Source: Naegleria gruberi
Taxonomy: Eukaryota
Length of the DNA: 64,000 bases
Assembly (NCBI GenBank): GCA_000004985.1
Contig: GG738868.1
Strand: one strand, 5' to 3'
The translations under genes were made by a program, and so were the position numbers. The notes beneath the pieces are model-generated. The model worked only from the letters and a program-made list of their open reading frames with translations. It was not told the DNA's origin and searched no databases. Shown here one piece after another: positions 1-11,768 of this stretch (the stretch's first letter is position 1; every line of letters starts with the position of its first letter).

Positions 1-98
1 GCTGATTTTGTTGTTGCTGTATTAGATTGGTTTTGTCTCATGTCTGAAAAAGTTCAAAATAGGAACAGAAAAATTTCATCACCTATGAACGAGTTGAT

Positions 99-919
99 TT
101 GTTGTTGTTGGGTTGCCCTCATGTCAGTGCTACTCAGAAATTGGAATCTTATTACACAAGTTCCATCACTGTAAATATTTACAATTTATCATACCATGCA
201 TGCCCTTCAATTATGTTAATCAACAAGACAATTAATTGTAAACAAATAAATCAAAAAAAAATGATTGAAATAGCACCAGAAGAAAAAATAAAATCACCAC
301 CTCCCTTGAAAAAGAAGAAACTTTCTCAATGTTTGGTCACGACAATGAAAAATTTTACGGAAGAGAGAAATACTGATCAGCATGTAACAATTATTCTTAC
401 CGATTTATTTGATAATCAAATATGTTGAAGAAGAAAATGAGAGGAAACACAATTAGAATTCTTCAAACAAATGAGTCACATTCAACACTTAATCTTACAA
501 TACCTGGTAAAGTTTTAACTGTCCAAAATTGTTCGCAGAGAAAGTGGTTAATTCTTGGATTACACGATGGTGTTCATATTTATAATTCCGAGAATTTGAG
601 TTTTATTGGGAAAATTGAAAGACGTGATTTTTATAACTTTCTAATAGATAGTAATGGTGAACACATGTTTTACAGGTTTTCTGATTCCGTTTCCAAAATT
701 AGAATTGATGATAGGTCAGTTTTATGGACTGTAAAAGAAGCTGTTGAGTGTTTTACTATTTGTAAATCCAAGAATGAATTGTTCATTGCCATTGATTCAC
801 AAATTGTTGTTTTGGACATGAACAATGGATCAGTGAAAAGGAAAATTCCATTCCTTAAGAAAGTGTTGAAATGTCTCTATATTACCTATGATGAAGTGAA
901 TGAAAGGATTTATCTATAG
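99..919 (+). CDS. Hypothetical protein. Two overlapping ORFs (99..428 and 422..919) may be one gene with a frameshift or intron. The first real ATG is near 261.
   Basis: The ORFs are open in coding-like frames. The ORF at 99 starts with TTG, not ATG. I recognise no domain. Confidence 0.3.
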
Positions 920-1157
920 GTCAACAAAGAAGATTCTTTTAAAAATGGCTTTTCAGAAAGCACCAACAAACTGTTAGTAATTGAGGAAAAAACCGAATCA
1001 CAAGTTGAGGTTGTATGTCTACATGACAAGGTTAATTTCATTCTATTCTGTGGAAAGTATTATATTGTAAACACTTCATTTCTGACATTGGCTATCTGTT
1101 TGATAGGAAAACTAACGAGTTTCTGATCAAGTTTAGATTTGGATAACAAAATTATTT

Positions 1158-1694
1158 TTGACCCATTTTGATGACTCGACTAACAGTTTATTCTACAAAA
1201 TGGACTCGAAAATAGGTGTTGCAAAGTTCCAGATTAAGGAAGTTATAGCTGATCTTCCACTTAATAAGAAAATATGTCAAGCTCTTGAGAAATTGGGAGG
1301 AAAATTGCCATCCATTATTTCCAAATTACAATTCCATGACGAGTTCATTATTCCTGAATGTTTACGATATCTATTTCATGTTGTCTTTCCATTGGCTTCT
1401 AAATTATTATATTGTGACAAAGAGGTTACAAAAGTTGTTTCGTTTATTCATGTAAAAACGGCTGAACTATTGTTGGAGCATGATTTGTTCTATATTGGAA
1501 ATCCTTTTCCCATTAATGATCCGAAATCAGCTAGTCTCTATGTAAAGAAAGCAGAAATATCCAAAGTGTCAAACAATGGTGATTTTCCAATTTATTTGCG
1601 TTATAGAATTGATGAAAATTCTCATATTCGATACATAACTAAGAGTTTCCTATTCTCAGAGTTTATTTCTAAAGTGAGAATTGAATATTTCTAA
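1158..1694 (+). CDS. Hypothetical protein. It may continue from the upstream ORFs. The track start is TTG and the first ATG is near 1200.
   Basis: A 178-codon ORF with protein-like composition and no recognisable motif. Confidence 0.3.
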   Translation: MTHFDDSTNSLFYKMDSKIGVAKFQIKEVIADLPLNKKICQALEKLGGKLPSIISKLQFHDEFIIPECLRYLFHVVFPLASKLLYCDKEVTKVVSFIHVKTAELLLEHDLFYIGNPFPINDPKSASLYVKKAEISKVSNNGDFPIYLRYRIDENSHIRYITKSFLFSEFISKVRIEYF

Positions 1695-2103
1695 CATAAT
1701 TCCTTGGAGTGCCATCTCATTATTCTGAAAGTTCAGTTTACAATCAAACAAGTCAATTCTCTTATCAAAAGTCCTTGTTTCCTATAAAATTGTAAATACA
1801 GATTGTCGCTAACAATAGGATTCATCAATTCAGATTCAATCTCAAAAATACGATTGCTTCACTTCTTTCCTTTTGCATTGGTCAATATTACCGGCTCCAC
1901 AATCAGGTATGGGATTCTGTGGTTGGAGGGAATTGAATGTGGAAGCAACTAGCCTGTAAACTCCAACATGTAACAGCATCCACCATCTTGTTGATTATTA
2001 TGAGAAACTGAGTATCAAGGATCAACTTCCAATTATAATGAGTTTCATTCGTGGTTGGAGCCAATCATAGATTTGGACAAATTGAGTAATTTATTGTTGG
2101 TAC

Positions 2104-5100
2104 TTAAATGCCAATTTTTAAGGACTTGCCAAGATTATTTTGTGAAAAATCAAAAACTTGTGAAAAGAATTCATATTCACTAGTCAATACAAATCTTGAA
2201 AAGGTATCAGAAAGATTCATAATGACATTATCTCTCAAATTCAAAAAACATTCATCAGCTTGTTCTTTCATTGGATTATTCTGCTTTAAATCAACCATTT
2301 CACTCTCTTGATTATTAGAAACTTGAAGCAGTTTCTTAAACTCTTTCGAACAAGAAGATGGAATATTAACTTCCATTTCAGAACCATTCTTGATATAGGT
2401 ATTGTAAATTCTTTCAATGAAATTGTTGATATCGTTTGCATTATTCGAATCCAATTTCTCCTTCTCTTGCAAATCCAAAAACAAGTACAAATTTTCAACA
2501 CTAAATTCCTTCCTGCAAAAAGCTTCAAATATTTCTCTTCCATATGAGTTTCCAATCAATTCCAACATTTCTCTATTTTCTTCTTGATCAGAAACCAGAG
2601 TTTCTGGAACTTTTCTCAATTTGAACCTAATCTTATTCGAAATGATAATCAATAGAGAATATCCACCAAACACCAGAATATAAACAGCCACATAGACCAC
2701 TTCAAATATGAATGCAATCACATCATTGGTCAGAACATTTCTATAACTCTGTTCATTATCATATCTGAAAGGAAGTGTACTCATTCCCAATGATTGATTT
2801 ACAATCAACAAGATGAAAAACACAATGTACAATAACATTTCACCTCTGAAATAGAGTGGTGTATCCATTGAGATGAGCCATTTGTGAATTCCCATTGAGG
2901 AAATTTTTTCCTTAACGATTTGTAAATCAACTTTTGTCTTTTTTGTTTCTTCTATTGATTTCTTATTGGACGAATGTTGCTTAATCATGGAATAAATGAA
3001 ATCCACAACTGCAGTGCCTGAAATGACAAGACTCAATGCAAATATGATAATAATATATGAAATGGAAATGATATAGGTATAGGCAGTAAGTGAAATGACA
3101 TCACATCTTCTTAAAATAACCCACAATGTCCAATAAAGTAAATTCAAAATGACAAATGTCAACAGAATGGAATTAACAACCTTTTTAGATGTGAATCTTT
3201 TAAGGTTTTTCAATAAACTTGATTGTGAAATATTGGATTGACTCTTTCTTAGTTGATGGAGAATATTGTAAAGATATTTCATTAATTGGAATCTCAATAC
3301 TTGAATGAGGTATGCAAGAATTGCTGTTAAATTCAAAGTATTTACAAAAATCATTACAATATTTGCAATCCAATTAGCAGCAAGATCACCACTTGACCAA
3401 TTCGTTGAATCTTTAAATAATTGATCAACTAGAACACTTCTCTGAATAATATAGATCAATAAACTTTCCACCATTAAGGCAATCATTCCCAAATAAGGAG
3501 TTGATAATCTAGAAATCAAAGGTTGACTTTTTCTAAATATTATCATTAAAATCAACACAGTGATTGAAATGATAAAGTAGAAAATACCCAAAGAAATTTG
3601 CCCATAATAAAGAGAAGCAACTTGACGTTTCGTATTATCACTTAGTGGAATAGTCTTTTGTTCGAGGAAGGTTGTAAAGAGTGTTGTGTGATTGCAAGCA
3701 CATTGAACAATTCTAGTTTCTAAATTGAAAGAATAGAGATAACATCCCTCATCACTCCAGGTTCCTGAACTTTCTTCCAAATAAGTACATGTGAAATTGT
3801 AATTGGAAGAATTTTGTAATTTTTCAAGAATGTTTTGATCCGTCAATTTGAATTCAATGATAATTGGATTGGCAAGATTCTCCAATTTTACCACTTTTTG
3901 ATTCTTTAAAAATTTGAAATCTGTTGTAATTGAAATTCCTTCACTTGTTCCATTATTATTCGAATAAGAATTGTTGAAAAGATTCGAATAGGTTAATAAA
4001 GAAACAGCACATTCACTGGAATAGGCAACATTTTGTGAAATGATATAAGAAGCATTAAAGGAAACACTTGTTTGATCTTGTTCCACTTTTTGGTTGACCA
4101 ATTGAGTGGAAGCACTTGAAATTACAAAAGCTGAAATTGTCATGTTAATATTCGATGAGGAATATGAGCTAACCACCAAACTACCATCATTAGTATCCAC
4201 ATACGTGACCAATTGACCAAGAATAATAAGATCAGCCAAATTCTGAGCTAATTCTCTTGAATTTGACAGTAAAAGTTCAGCACCAAGAAATTGAGAAGCA
4301 TACGAAAGGATTGAATTGACATTGCTGTTGGAAATCTTTGAATTAACATATCCATAGCTTGATTTACTTGTATTGTAACGGTTATACGAGTAGGATACAA
4401 GTTCTGATAATTTCGATAATGTAGTATTAGCAATAGTTTCGTCCAATTGAGTTTTTGAAATAATTTCTGAAAGACTTGACAAGGCAGATGAAGGATCACT
4501 TCCGCTAACATCTATATTACTCAATAAAGAAGCATAATACGTTGTAGATGAAGAGAATGACACGTCATAAATCAATGAAGTAATCAAATTGAAGTTTGTT
4601 CCAGAATTTGAAGAAATTTTTGAATATTCTTCCATGGTTCCATTGAAAAAAGCGACAAGTATGGATAATGATGAAGATTTGGAGTAATAATTGCCCAAAC
4701 TATCCATTACAATGATTCCCAATGAAATAGTTTCGCCAACATTCGGTAAAACAATTGACCGATTCAAATCCTGTGAAAAATCAGTAATTCTAATGGAACT
4801 TAGTTTTGAACTTGAGAATGTAATGGCATATTTCAATGGAAGTAACATTGAATCTGCACTCCATGGATTAATATTCAAGTTTACAATTTCCTTAATTGCT
4901 GAACATTTGGTTGAATTTGAATTCAATAAATTGTTTGGTGATTTTGGAGGAATTCTGAATTGTAATTCGAAAGAGGAATATAAACTAACACTGTCTATTT
5001 GTAGAGAAGCAGTTGCAGTGGATGAAAATCCAAATGTTAATGATGTGAAATTCACTGAAATTTGATTGGAAATTGAAATTGTTGGGAAAAGTGTTAAAAT

Positions 5101-8100
5101 TCCACTTTGAGTATTTTGAATTGAAATTCCAGTAAATGTTTTTGCTGAATTGGAGATTTGAACAGTAAAAGTTACTACTGAGCTAGTGAGTTTCAAAGAA
5201 TCAATAATTGTTTGGTCAACTGAAAGTTTAGAAATAATCAAATCAAAATTAACAAGATCACTTTTCGCAATATAGTAAGAAGGAAGTCCTAGAATCGAAA
5301 AAGGTCTTTCACAAATTGAAGAATATGCATTACAATAGGGTGTGAGCTTTCGAATAACACTATTTTCAGTATCAGCAAAATATAGCTCACCACTTGGTCC
5401 AATAGAAACAGTTCCTGGAGCATTCAATGAAGCAAGTGAAGCTAATCCATTATCTCCTTTGTATCCATTCGAAAGAGTTCCTGCAATTGTATAAATTGTA
5501 CCGTTTGTCAACACTTTACGAATTCTATTGGTTTCGGATATATAAATTTCTCCTCCTGAACTAATCGAAACTCCCACAGGAAGACTCAATTTAGCTGTAG
5601 TAGCTAAACCATTATCTCCACCATAACCATTTGTTCCAGTTCCAGCAATTGTAGTTATAGTTCCATTTGTGAAAACCTTTCGAATACGATTATTGGAATA
5701 GTCTGCAATAATTAATTCACCATTTGAACTCACAGCTACATCCTTAGGATTATTCAACTGTGCACTAGTTGCCTGACCTCCATCTCCTGCATATCCACCA
5801 ATTCCATTTCCAGCAATTGTAATTATCGTTCCATTTGTGAAAATCTTTCGAATTCTATGATTACCTGTGTCAGCAATGTAAATTTCTCCACTATTCGAAA
5901 TATCAAATAAAGTTGATACTAAAAAAGCGTTGCTAGCATTCAATCCATCTCCTATTCCTCCAGCAATGGTAGAAACCATTCCAGTAGTTGCCAAAATTTT
6001 ACGAATCTTCCAAGAAGAAGTTGTTTCACAAACTATCAAATTTTCACTCGAATCAAAAGTCAAACCAACAGGGTAAGCAAAATTAGTAATTGATTCATGT
6101 AAACCATCGCCGTTATATTCACTTCGACCTGTTCCTGCTATATTGGAAATTATACCAGTAACGCTAGATATAACTCGAATACGATGATTGTAATTATCTG
6201 AAATGTAAATATCACCTGTTGAACTAATTGCAATTCCGGCTGGATAAGATAATTGTGCATTGGATGCTTTCCCACCATCTCCTCCATAGGTACAAGTACC
6301 TGCTTTACCAGATATGGTAGTAATGGTACCATTCGAATAAATTTTACGAATCACACAATATACTATATCGGTAAAATAAACATTTCCTGAATTGAATAAA
6401 ACTGAAGAAGGATAACCAATGGTTGCATTGGAACCCAATCCATTGTCACCACTAAATCCATTCGTTCCAGTTCCAGCAATTGTTACGATGGTTCCATTTG
6501 TGAAAATCTTTCGAATACGATAATTACCAGCATCTGCAATGTAAATTTCATTATTTGCACCAATGGAAACATCAACAGGACTATAAAGTGATGCATTTGC
6601 GGCATCTATTCCATCTCCATTGTAAATAGTGTTTCCATTTCCTGCAATGGTTGTAATTATTCCATTATTCGAAACTTTACGAATTCTATGATTACCATAA
6701 TCAGCAATGTATAATTCTCCACTAGAAGAAATGGCAATTCCATTTGGTCTATTCAAGCATGTATTCACAGCAAGTCCTCCATCTCCACAAAATCCTGCAG
6801 TACCATTACCAGCAATAGTTGTAATTATTCCATTATTAGAAACCTTTCGAATACGATGATTATTCATATCACTAATAATTAGTTCACCATTCGTAGAATT
6901 AATAACACAATGTGATGGATAGTTCATAATAGCACTGGTTGCTGGAATATTATCTCCATTGTAAAAGATAGCTCCTGCCAATTTAACAGCAGGTCCATAA
7001 TTTAGATTAACAATTCTATCAATATACGAAACACTATTGGAAGTGTACATGACGTACATGTCATTATTAAAGAATTTGATTGAATTTGGATTGGAATAGG
7101 TCTGTATAATCGTTGTGTATCCAACAGTTCCAGCAAGTGTTGTAATCAAATTGGAAGTTAAATTAATTTGTCTGAATTGACCACTGCTGTCAGCAAATGA
7201 CAATTGATTGTTATTTAAAGACATTGAGCCAATTGGAGAAATGAATGCTGGAATTGCTGGGACATTATTTCCAAAACTACTGGTTCCTCCTGCAATCGTT
7301 GTAATTTTTCCACTGGACGAAACCTTTCTAATTCTATTGTTATTACTATCGGCAATATAAAATTCATTATTTGACGAATCAATTGCAATTCCAACAGGAT
7401 TATTAAGGGTTGCAATGGTTGCATCAATACCGTCATAATTATAACCAGATTGTCCATCACCTGCAATACTTGAAATTATCCCACTAGTAGCCGAAACCTT
7501 TCTAATTCTTTGGTAACTATCAGAAAAGTATAAATCATTACTTTTAGTCAGTGCAACAGATAATGGAAATCGAATAGGTGCATTATTAGCTAGGCTTCCA
7601 TCTGGACTGTTTGCAGCCTCTCCAGTTCCTACAATAGTTACAATAGTTCCACTTGAATAAACCTTTCGAATACGATTATTCACTAAATCTGCAAAAACAA
7701 TATTACCATCCGAGTCAATAGCCACACCAAAAGGTGTATTCAACATGGCATTCACAGCTGGTCCTCCATCTCCTGAATATCCACCTGTTCCATTTCCTGC
7801 AATAGTTGTAATCATTCCATTATTCGAAATCTTTCGAATACGATTATTGAGAGTATCAGCAATAAATACTTCACCACCAGAAGAAACAGCAATACCAATA
7901 GGATAACCCAACTGAGCACTTGTAGCAGGGATATTATCTCCATTGTAATTTGGCTCACCATTTCCTGCAATGGTTGTGATGGTACCATTCGAATAAATTT
8001 TACGAATTCGATGATTTGCATAATCAGCAAAATATACTTCACCACTTGTTGGATGGAAAGCAACACCATGTGGACTATTTACTGTGGCTTTGGTAGCATC

Positions 8101-8442
8101 TATTCCGTCTCCGTTATATCCTGCTTGACCATTACCGGCTATTGTAGAAATAATTCCATTATTCGAAATCTTTCTAATACGATTGTTGAGAGTATCAGCA
8201 ATAACAATCACACCAGAATAATAGGCAACATCTCTAACAGAATTTAACAAGGCATTCACAGCTGGTAGTCCATCACCAACAGAATTTCCTCCACCAGCCA
8301 CAGTTGTAATGTTATACGAAACTACCGACGAAACCGATTGACCACTCACACAACAACATGCGAGAATCACCACAAAAAGACTCAACCACACATCATGGCG
8401 TGTCCTTATTGTCATTTCGTTTTTTTTGATGTTCAATGTCAT
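2104..8442 (-). CDS. Giant adhesion-GPCR-like receptor. It has a signal peptide, about 18-20 NHL repeats, a Ser/Thr/Asn-rich glycosylated stalk, a GAIN/GPS motif, a 7TM domain and a C-terminal RGS domain. Single 2112-codon exon.
   Basis: Real ATG at 8442, with a second at 8415. Repeated motifs of the type 'NNRIRKI..NG.I.TIAGNG..GY.GDGG.A..A.LN.P.GVA' are NHL repeats. The GPS motif reads 'W.DEGC...ETRIVQCACNHTTLFTTFL'. Seven hydrophobic helices follow. The RGS box reads 'IFEAFCRKEFSVENLYLF...FLNLRDNVIMNLSDTFSRFV'. Confidence 0.85.
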   Translation of the reverse strand: MTLNIKKNEMTIRTRHDVWLSLFVVILACCCVSGQSVSSVVSYNITTVAGGGNSVGDGLPAVNALLNSVRDVAYYSGVIVIADTLNNRIRKISNNGIISTIAGNGQAGYNGDGIDATKATVNSPHGVAFHPTSGEVYFADYANHRIRKIYSNGTITTIAGNGEPNYNGDNIPATSAQLGYPIGIAVSSGGEVFIADTLNNRIRKISNNGMITTIAGNGTGGYSGDGGPAVNAMLNTPFGVAIDSDGNIVFADLVNNRIRKVYSSGTIVTIVGTGEAANSPDGSLANNAPIRFPLSVALTKSNDLYFSDSYQRIRKVSATSGIISSIAGDGQSGYNYDGIDATIATLNNPVGIAIDSSNNEFYIADSNNNRIRKVSSSGKITTIAGGTSSFGNNVPAIPAFISPIGSMSLNNNQLSFADSSGQFRQINLTSNLITTLAGTVGYTTIIQTYSNPNSIKFFNNDMYVMYTSNSVSYIDRIVNLNYGPAVKLAGAIFYNGDNIPATSAIMNYPSHCVINSTNGELIISDMNNHRIRKVSNNGIITTIAGNGTAGFCGDGGLAVNTCLNRPNGIAISSSGELYIADYGNHRIRKVSNNGIITTIAGNGNTIYNGDGIDAANASLYSPVDVSIGANNEIYIADAGNYRIRKIFTNGTIVTIAGTGTNGFSGDNGLGSNATIGYPSSVLFNSGNVYFTDIVYCVIRKIYSNGTITTISGKAGTCTYGGDGGKASNAQLSYPAGIAISSTGDIYISDNYNHRIRVISSVTGIISNIAGTGRSEYNGDGLHESITNFAYPVGLTFDSSENLIVCETTSSWKIRKILATTGMVSTIAGGIGDGLNASNAFLVSTLFDISNSGEIYIADTGNHRIRKIFTNGTIITIAGNGIGGYAGDGGQATSAQLNNPKDVAVSSNGELIIADYSNNRIRKVFTNGTITTIAGTGTNGYGGDNGLATTAKLSLPVGVSISSGGEIYISETNRIRKVLTNGTIYTIAGTLSNGYKGDNGLASLASLNAPGTVSIGPSGELYFADTENSVIRKLTPYCNAYSSICERPFSILGLPSYYIAKSDLVNFDLIISKLSVDQTIIDSLKLTSSVVTFTVQISNSAKTFTGISIQNTQSGILTLFPTISISNQISVNFTSLTFGFSSTATASLQIDSVSLYSSFELQFRIPPKSPNNLLNSNSTKCSAIKEIVNLNINPWSADSMLLPLKYAITFSSSKLSSIRITDFSQDLNRSIVLPNVGETISLGIIVMDSLGNYYSKSSSLSILVAFFNGTMEEYSKISSNSGTNFNLITSLIYDVSFSSSTTYYASLLSNIDVSGSDPSSALSSLSEIISKTQLDETIANTTLSKLSELVSYSYNRYNTSKSSYGYVNSKISNSNVNSILSYASQFLGAELLLSNSRELAQNLADLIILGQLVTYVDTNDGSLVVSSYSSSNINMTISAFVISSASTQLVNQKVEQDQTSVSFNASYIISQNVAYSSECAVSLLTYSNLFNNSYSNNNGTSEGISITTDFKFLKNQKVVKLENLANPIIIEFKLTDQNILEKLQNSSNYNFTCTYLEESSGTWSDEGCYLYSFNLETRIVQCACNHTTLFTTFLEQKTIPLSDNTKRQVASLYYGQISLGIFYFIISITVLILMIIFRKSQPLISRLSTPYLGMIALMVESLLIYIIQRSVLVDQLFKDSTNWSSGDLAANWIANIVMIFVNTLNLTAILAYLIQVLRFQLMKYLYNILHQLRKSQSNISQSSLLKNLKRFTSKKVVNSILLTFVILNLLYWTLWVILRRCDVISLTAYTYIISISYIIIIFALSLVISGTAVVDFIYSMIKQHSSNKKSIEETKKTKVDLQIVKEKISSMGIHKWLISMDTPLYFRGEMLLYIVFFILLIVNQSLGMSTLPFRYDNEQSYRNVLTNDVIAFIFEVVYVAVYILVFGGYSLLIIISNKIRFKLRKVPETLVSDQEENREMLELIGNSYGREIFEAFCRKEFSVENLYLFLDLQEKEKLDSNNANDINNFIERIYNTYIKNGSEMEVNIPSSCSKEFKKLLQVSNNQESEMVDLKQNNPMKEQADECFLNLRDNVIMNLSDTFSRFVLTSEYEFFSQVFDFSQNNLGKSLKIGI
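2160..2580 (-). other. RGS (regulator of G-protein signalling) domain at the cytoplasmic C-terminus (approximate).
   Basis: Conserved RGS-box motifs 'EFSxENL' and 'F..F.RF..S'. Confidence 0.75.
2655..3610 (-). other. Seven-transmembrane domain of the receptor (approximate).
   Basis: Seven hydrophobic segments of about 20-25 aa lie between the GPS motif and the RGS box. Confidence 0.7.
3688..3725 (-). other. GPS (GPCR proteolysis site) motif at the end of the GAIN-like domain.
   Basis: The sequence 'VQCACNHTTLFTTFL' matches the C-x-C-x-H-L/T-T-x-F consensus. Confidence 0.7.
5745..8310 (-). other. NHL-repeat beta-propeller region of the receptor (approximate bounds).
   Basis: Tandem ~45-aa repeats ending in '[NH]HRIRK[IV]'. 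Confidence 0.7.
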
Positions 8443-8883
8443 TATTCTCTAAAAAGGAAGTTTTTTCAATGAGAATGTTACAAGATATTAACAAACTTTC
8501 TATTAAGTTCCTGATTTTGTAAATTTGTAGAATTGTAACATGATGTCTACAGTACTGGGGATAATTAGGTTTGTTTTTATCACAGCAAATTGCATGTCAA
8601 TCTTTAAGATCTTTCCTATATAATGAAAATAGGACAAATAATTGGCGATCCTTCTTCGATGAGATTGGAGCTAGTTACAGCATTTCTAGCTCATGATAAT
8701 TCATTAATTGTGGGTATAATGCATTGAATTTTTATGGATTTGAGAATGATAATATTATTAGTTTAGCATGTGGAAAAAATCACTTTATTGCCAGATCGAA
8801 ACGAGATTTAATTGAATATCTTCAATTTTGTGGTCGAACAAATAAGGGTCCACCAATCGTTCCAACAGCCGTTTTCAAAAAAA

Positions 8884-9678
8884 ATGAGCAAACAACAACA
8901 AAACAACGCCGACACTATCACTCTCTACGGCAATCACATTAGCCAACCATCCCGAGCCATAATGTGGTTCATGTTATTGAATCAAATTCCTCACGAATTT
9001 AAATTAATTAAATTGGAGAAGGGAGAACATTTGAAGCCGGAATATAAGGAAATTAATCCAATGCAACAAGTACCTTCATTATCCATTTCATCATCTACAT
9101 CATATTCGGATCAGAAGGTTACTGTTAATTTGTTTGAAAGTCAAGCAATTTTAATTCACTTGATACATAAATATAGAAGACAATACAAGATTGCTGATTC
9201 ATGGTATCCAAATCCACATTCTGAGTTGATGGTTCATACAAAGATTAATCAATATTTGAATTATCATTTAGCATCATTGAGGATGGGAATTGCTGGATGG
9301 GCTTGGGAAGCTGCTATTGGACCAAATGCTTTTGGCACTGAGAGAAGTGAAAGAAAAATTGAATCTTTCAAGAAGAAGGGAATGAAAGTATTGAAACAAC
9401 TTGATACCTATTGGTTGAAGAAACAAGATGAAAAATGTGGAGATTACTTGTGTGGACAAGAGAAAATGTCAATTGCTGACTTGTTATTGTACAGTGAATT
9501 GATGCAATTGTTGCTGATTGTTGAATCAGCCACATTGTGGGAATCTGACTTGTTGAAAGCCTTTCCAAATGTTGCTAAATGGGCACAAATCATGTCACAA
9601 ACTCCACACCACGATAAGATTTTCCAAATTCTCTTCTTGCTTAAAGCAAAGACCTCTTCAAAACCTTCCAAATTGTAA
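8884..9678 (+). CDS. Glutathione S-transferase, theta-like.
   Basis: The N-terminal thioredoxin-like GST motif reads 'ITLYGNHISQPSRAIMWF...HLKPEYKEINPMQQVPSL'. The GST C-terminal helical domain follows. The real ATG is at 8884; the track start at 8812 is TTG. Confidence 0.8.
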   Translation: MSKQQQNNADTITLYGNHISQPSRAIMWFMLLNQIPHEFKLIKLEKGEHLKPEYKEINPMQQVPSLSISSSTSYSDQKVTVNLFESQAILIHLIHKYRRQYKIADSWYPNPHSELMVHTKINQYLNYHLASLRMGIAGWAWEAAIGPNAFGTERSERKIESFKKKGMKVLKQLDTYWLKKQDEKCGDYLCGQEKMSIADLLLYSELMQLLLIVESATLWESDLLKAFPNVAKWAQIMSQTPHHDKIFQILFLLKAKTSSKPSKL

Positions 9679-9700
9679 AATAACTCATTGTAAAATTTAT

Positions 9701-11563
9701 TTACATGCTTACCCTGGTTGATTCTTGTTCACGTGAATTTGTCTTTCCAGATAGTGATGTAGCATAAATGTCAGTGGAATAATTCTGCTCATATGATGGA
9801 TTGGTAGTGGTTCCACTCGTTGTTGTGAACCCAGTTAATATTCCACTATTTTCACTATCCTCATTCAACAATTTACCATTCTTTCTATTCCTCAAATTAC
9901 GAATTGGATCAATAAGACGTTGATAACATTCAGAAAATTTGGACTTGTCGAAAATAATGATAATAATCACAACAAATGTGGAAATGTTTGCAAAATTACT
10001 GACAATTTCCAAATAGAAACTGCTGATGAAAAAGTAAGCATTGGTACCAAATTGTCTTCCAAGGAAATTGCACAAACAAGCAACCAATGAAACCAACGAA
10101 AGCCCACAATATAATGAGAATTGAAACATGTACTATATTTCAATATATTAAATTGGAAAATTCAATGAAATTCTTGCACGTACCTTTGATTTGTAAAATG
10201 AAATGTGAGTCTTTTCCTGCAATTGATCACCCAACTTTTTGGCAATGTAAATGAAAACTAAAAAGTTTACAATCCATGGCAGAGAATAAGACACATAGGA
10301 CATTCCAGTAAGGATAATATTGACCTGTTGTGTCTCCAATTCATAAATAAGATATGAAACAATGTAAATGGCACATAGTGAATTGCAAACAAAACTAAAC
10401 CCAATCAATATAAGAGCAACTAGGGAATTCTTATTATCTCCAGCTTTGAGGAATTGACAAATTCTATCAAAGACCAACAGAACAGCCAGGGAACCATAAT
10501 GTGTGAAAAAGACATTCAAACTCAAAGCAATTGACGTTGTAAAGTAGAGAGTATCAAAACTATCGTACGTAGGATTCCAAAACATCATACAGGCAACCAC
10601 AACACAAATTGATTGCAACAAGATGATTATTGCACACAAGGCATTCAAAACTCGTAGCTTTCTCCGTATAATCATGGTTACAAATTCAGGAACAACATAG
10701 CCCAATATTGCAAACGGACACAAAGGTATTGAAATAAGCAATGACAGAATAAACTTGATCATATTGACAGCATCAGTTCTCAATAGAGAATTCATCACTG
10801 GATCACATAAATTTGAATAGATATCAAACCTATGACAATAGCAAAGAAATGGCGTCCTCAATCTCTCAAAATATTGATCCATAAAATAGACAGGAAACCC
10901 TGTTTGAACAGCTTCACAAAAGAAGGAAGATGGAAATCGTGTAAAAGAAGGACACTTGGATTTCTTTGTATCCGAATAATTGTCCATATCAATAATTAAA
11001 GTATGAAATTCCAAAAAATCCTTTCCCTCACTACAATATTGACAATAGTTCAATAATTCGTATTTAACCGTACTATTTTCGCCATTACAAAATGTTTCTA
11101 CACAGCTCACATTAGAATATTTTGCACACAAATCAAAATGGTCTCCCATAGGTTTAACAGGAGAGAATAAATTAGAATTCCTATCCTCCACATAGGCAGT
11201 TCCAAATGGTATCGACATTATCTTATCTGGAAAGTACACTTGTCGACATCCAAATCCAAAAGGTAAATCATAAAACTCAATAAAATTATCATTAATAAAT
11301 ATCTTCCTACTCGTTCCATTATCCGATCGTTCTATATAGGAACAATCCATCCATCTGTAGAATACATCAGAAGATTCCCTTCCAATGACAAAATCCCCAA
11401 TAATAAAAATCATCATGATGGTCGAATACAATATTATTTTCATCAAGGAAATATTCTTCTTCATCAGCCTACTACTAGTACTATCAATGAAATTCTGATG
11501 ATGACCAGAAGCAACGGGTGCTCTTAAAAGTCGCGACATTTTTTTGTGGTTGTTTTTAACCAT
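9701..11563 (-). CDS. Cys-rich ectodomain plus 7TM receptor-like protein, paralog 1. Two exons: ~10184..11563 and 9701..~10132.
   Basis: ATG at 11563. An N-terminal signal-anchor helix is followed by an ~230-aa ectodomain with a conserved Cys pattern and then seven TM helices. It aligns along its whole length to the downstream paralog; for example 'FYKSK|YMFQFSLYCGL' matches 'FFKTKYFYQFCALNTL'. Confidence 0.75.
10133..10183 (-). other. Phase-0 GT-AG intron of 51 nt in paralog 1. It is absent from paralog 2.
   Basis: The intron reads 'gtacgtgcaag...aaatatag' on the minus strand. Removing it restores alignment with the intronless paralog. Confidence 0.75.
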
Positions 11564-11768
11564 TACGGCAAATTTACGGAGCTTTTTTGGTTACTCCTTA
11601 GAATTTGGCAATTTTATTGTAAAGAGGAAGAAAGTACGTTCTTAGAGGAAAGGTTTTAAGTGGAGCACTTGGCTGTGCAAGGACAAATTAAATAACTCTT
11701 CCCATAAGTTTCCCAGAAGGTTCCATCTCAAAATTTAACATAAAAATCTTACAATATTTAGAAGATTT

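Noticed and set aside
2108-8247. Many 60-125-aa plus-strand ORFs inside the 2104..8442 region, for example 2108..2311, 4691..5065 and 8011..8247.
   Set aside because: They are antisense to, or out of frame with, a 2112-codon ORF that has a strong domain signature. Their composition is non-protein-like.
8812-8883. ORF-track N-terminal extensions beginning with 'M' at 8812, 25588, 15566, 25180, 46107, 52263 and 53269.
   Set aside because: Those codons are TTG or GTG on the sequence; the track evidently allows alternative starts. The first real ATG downstream, or a splice junction, was used instead.
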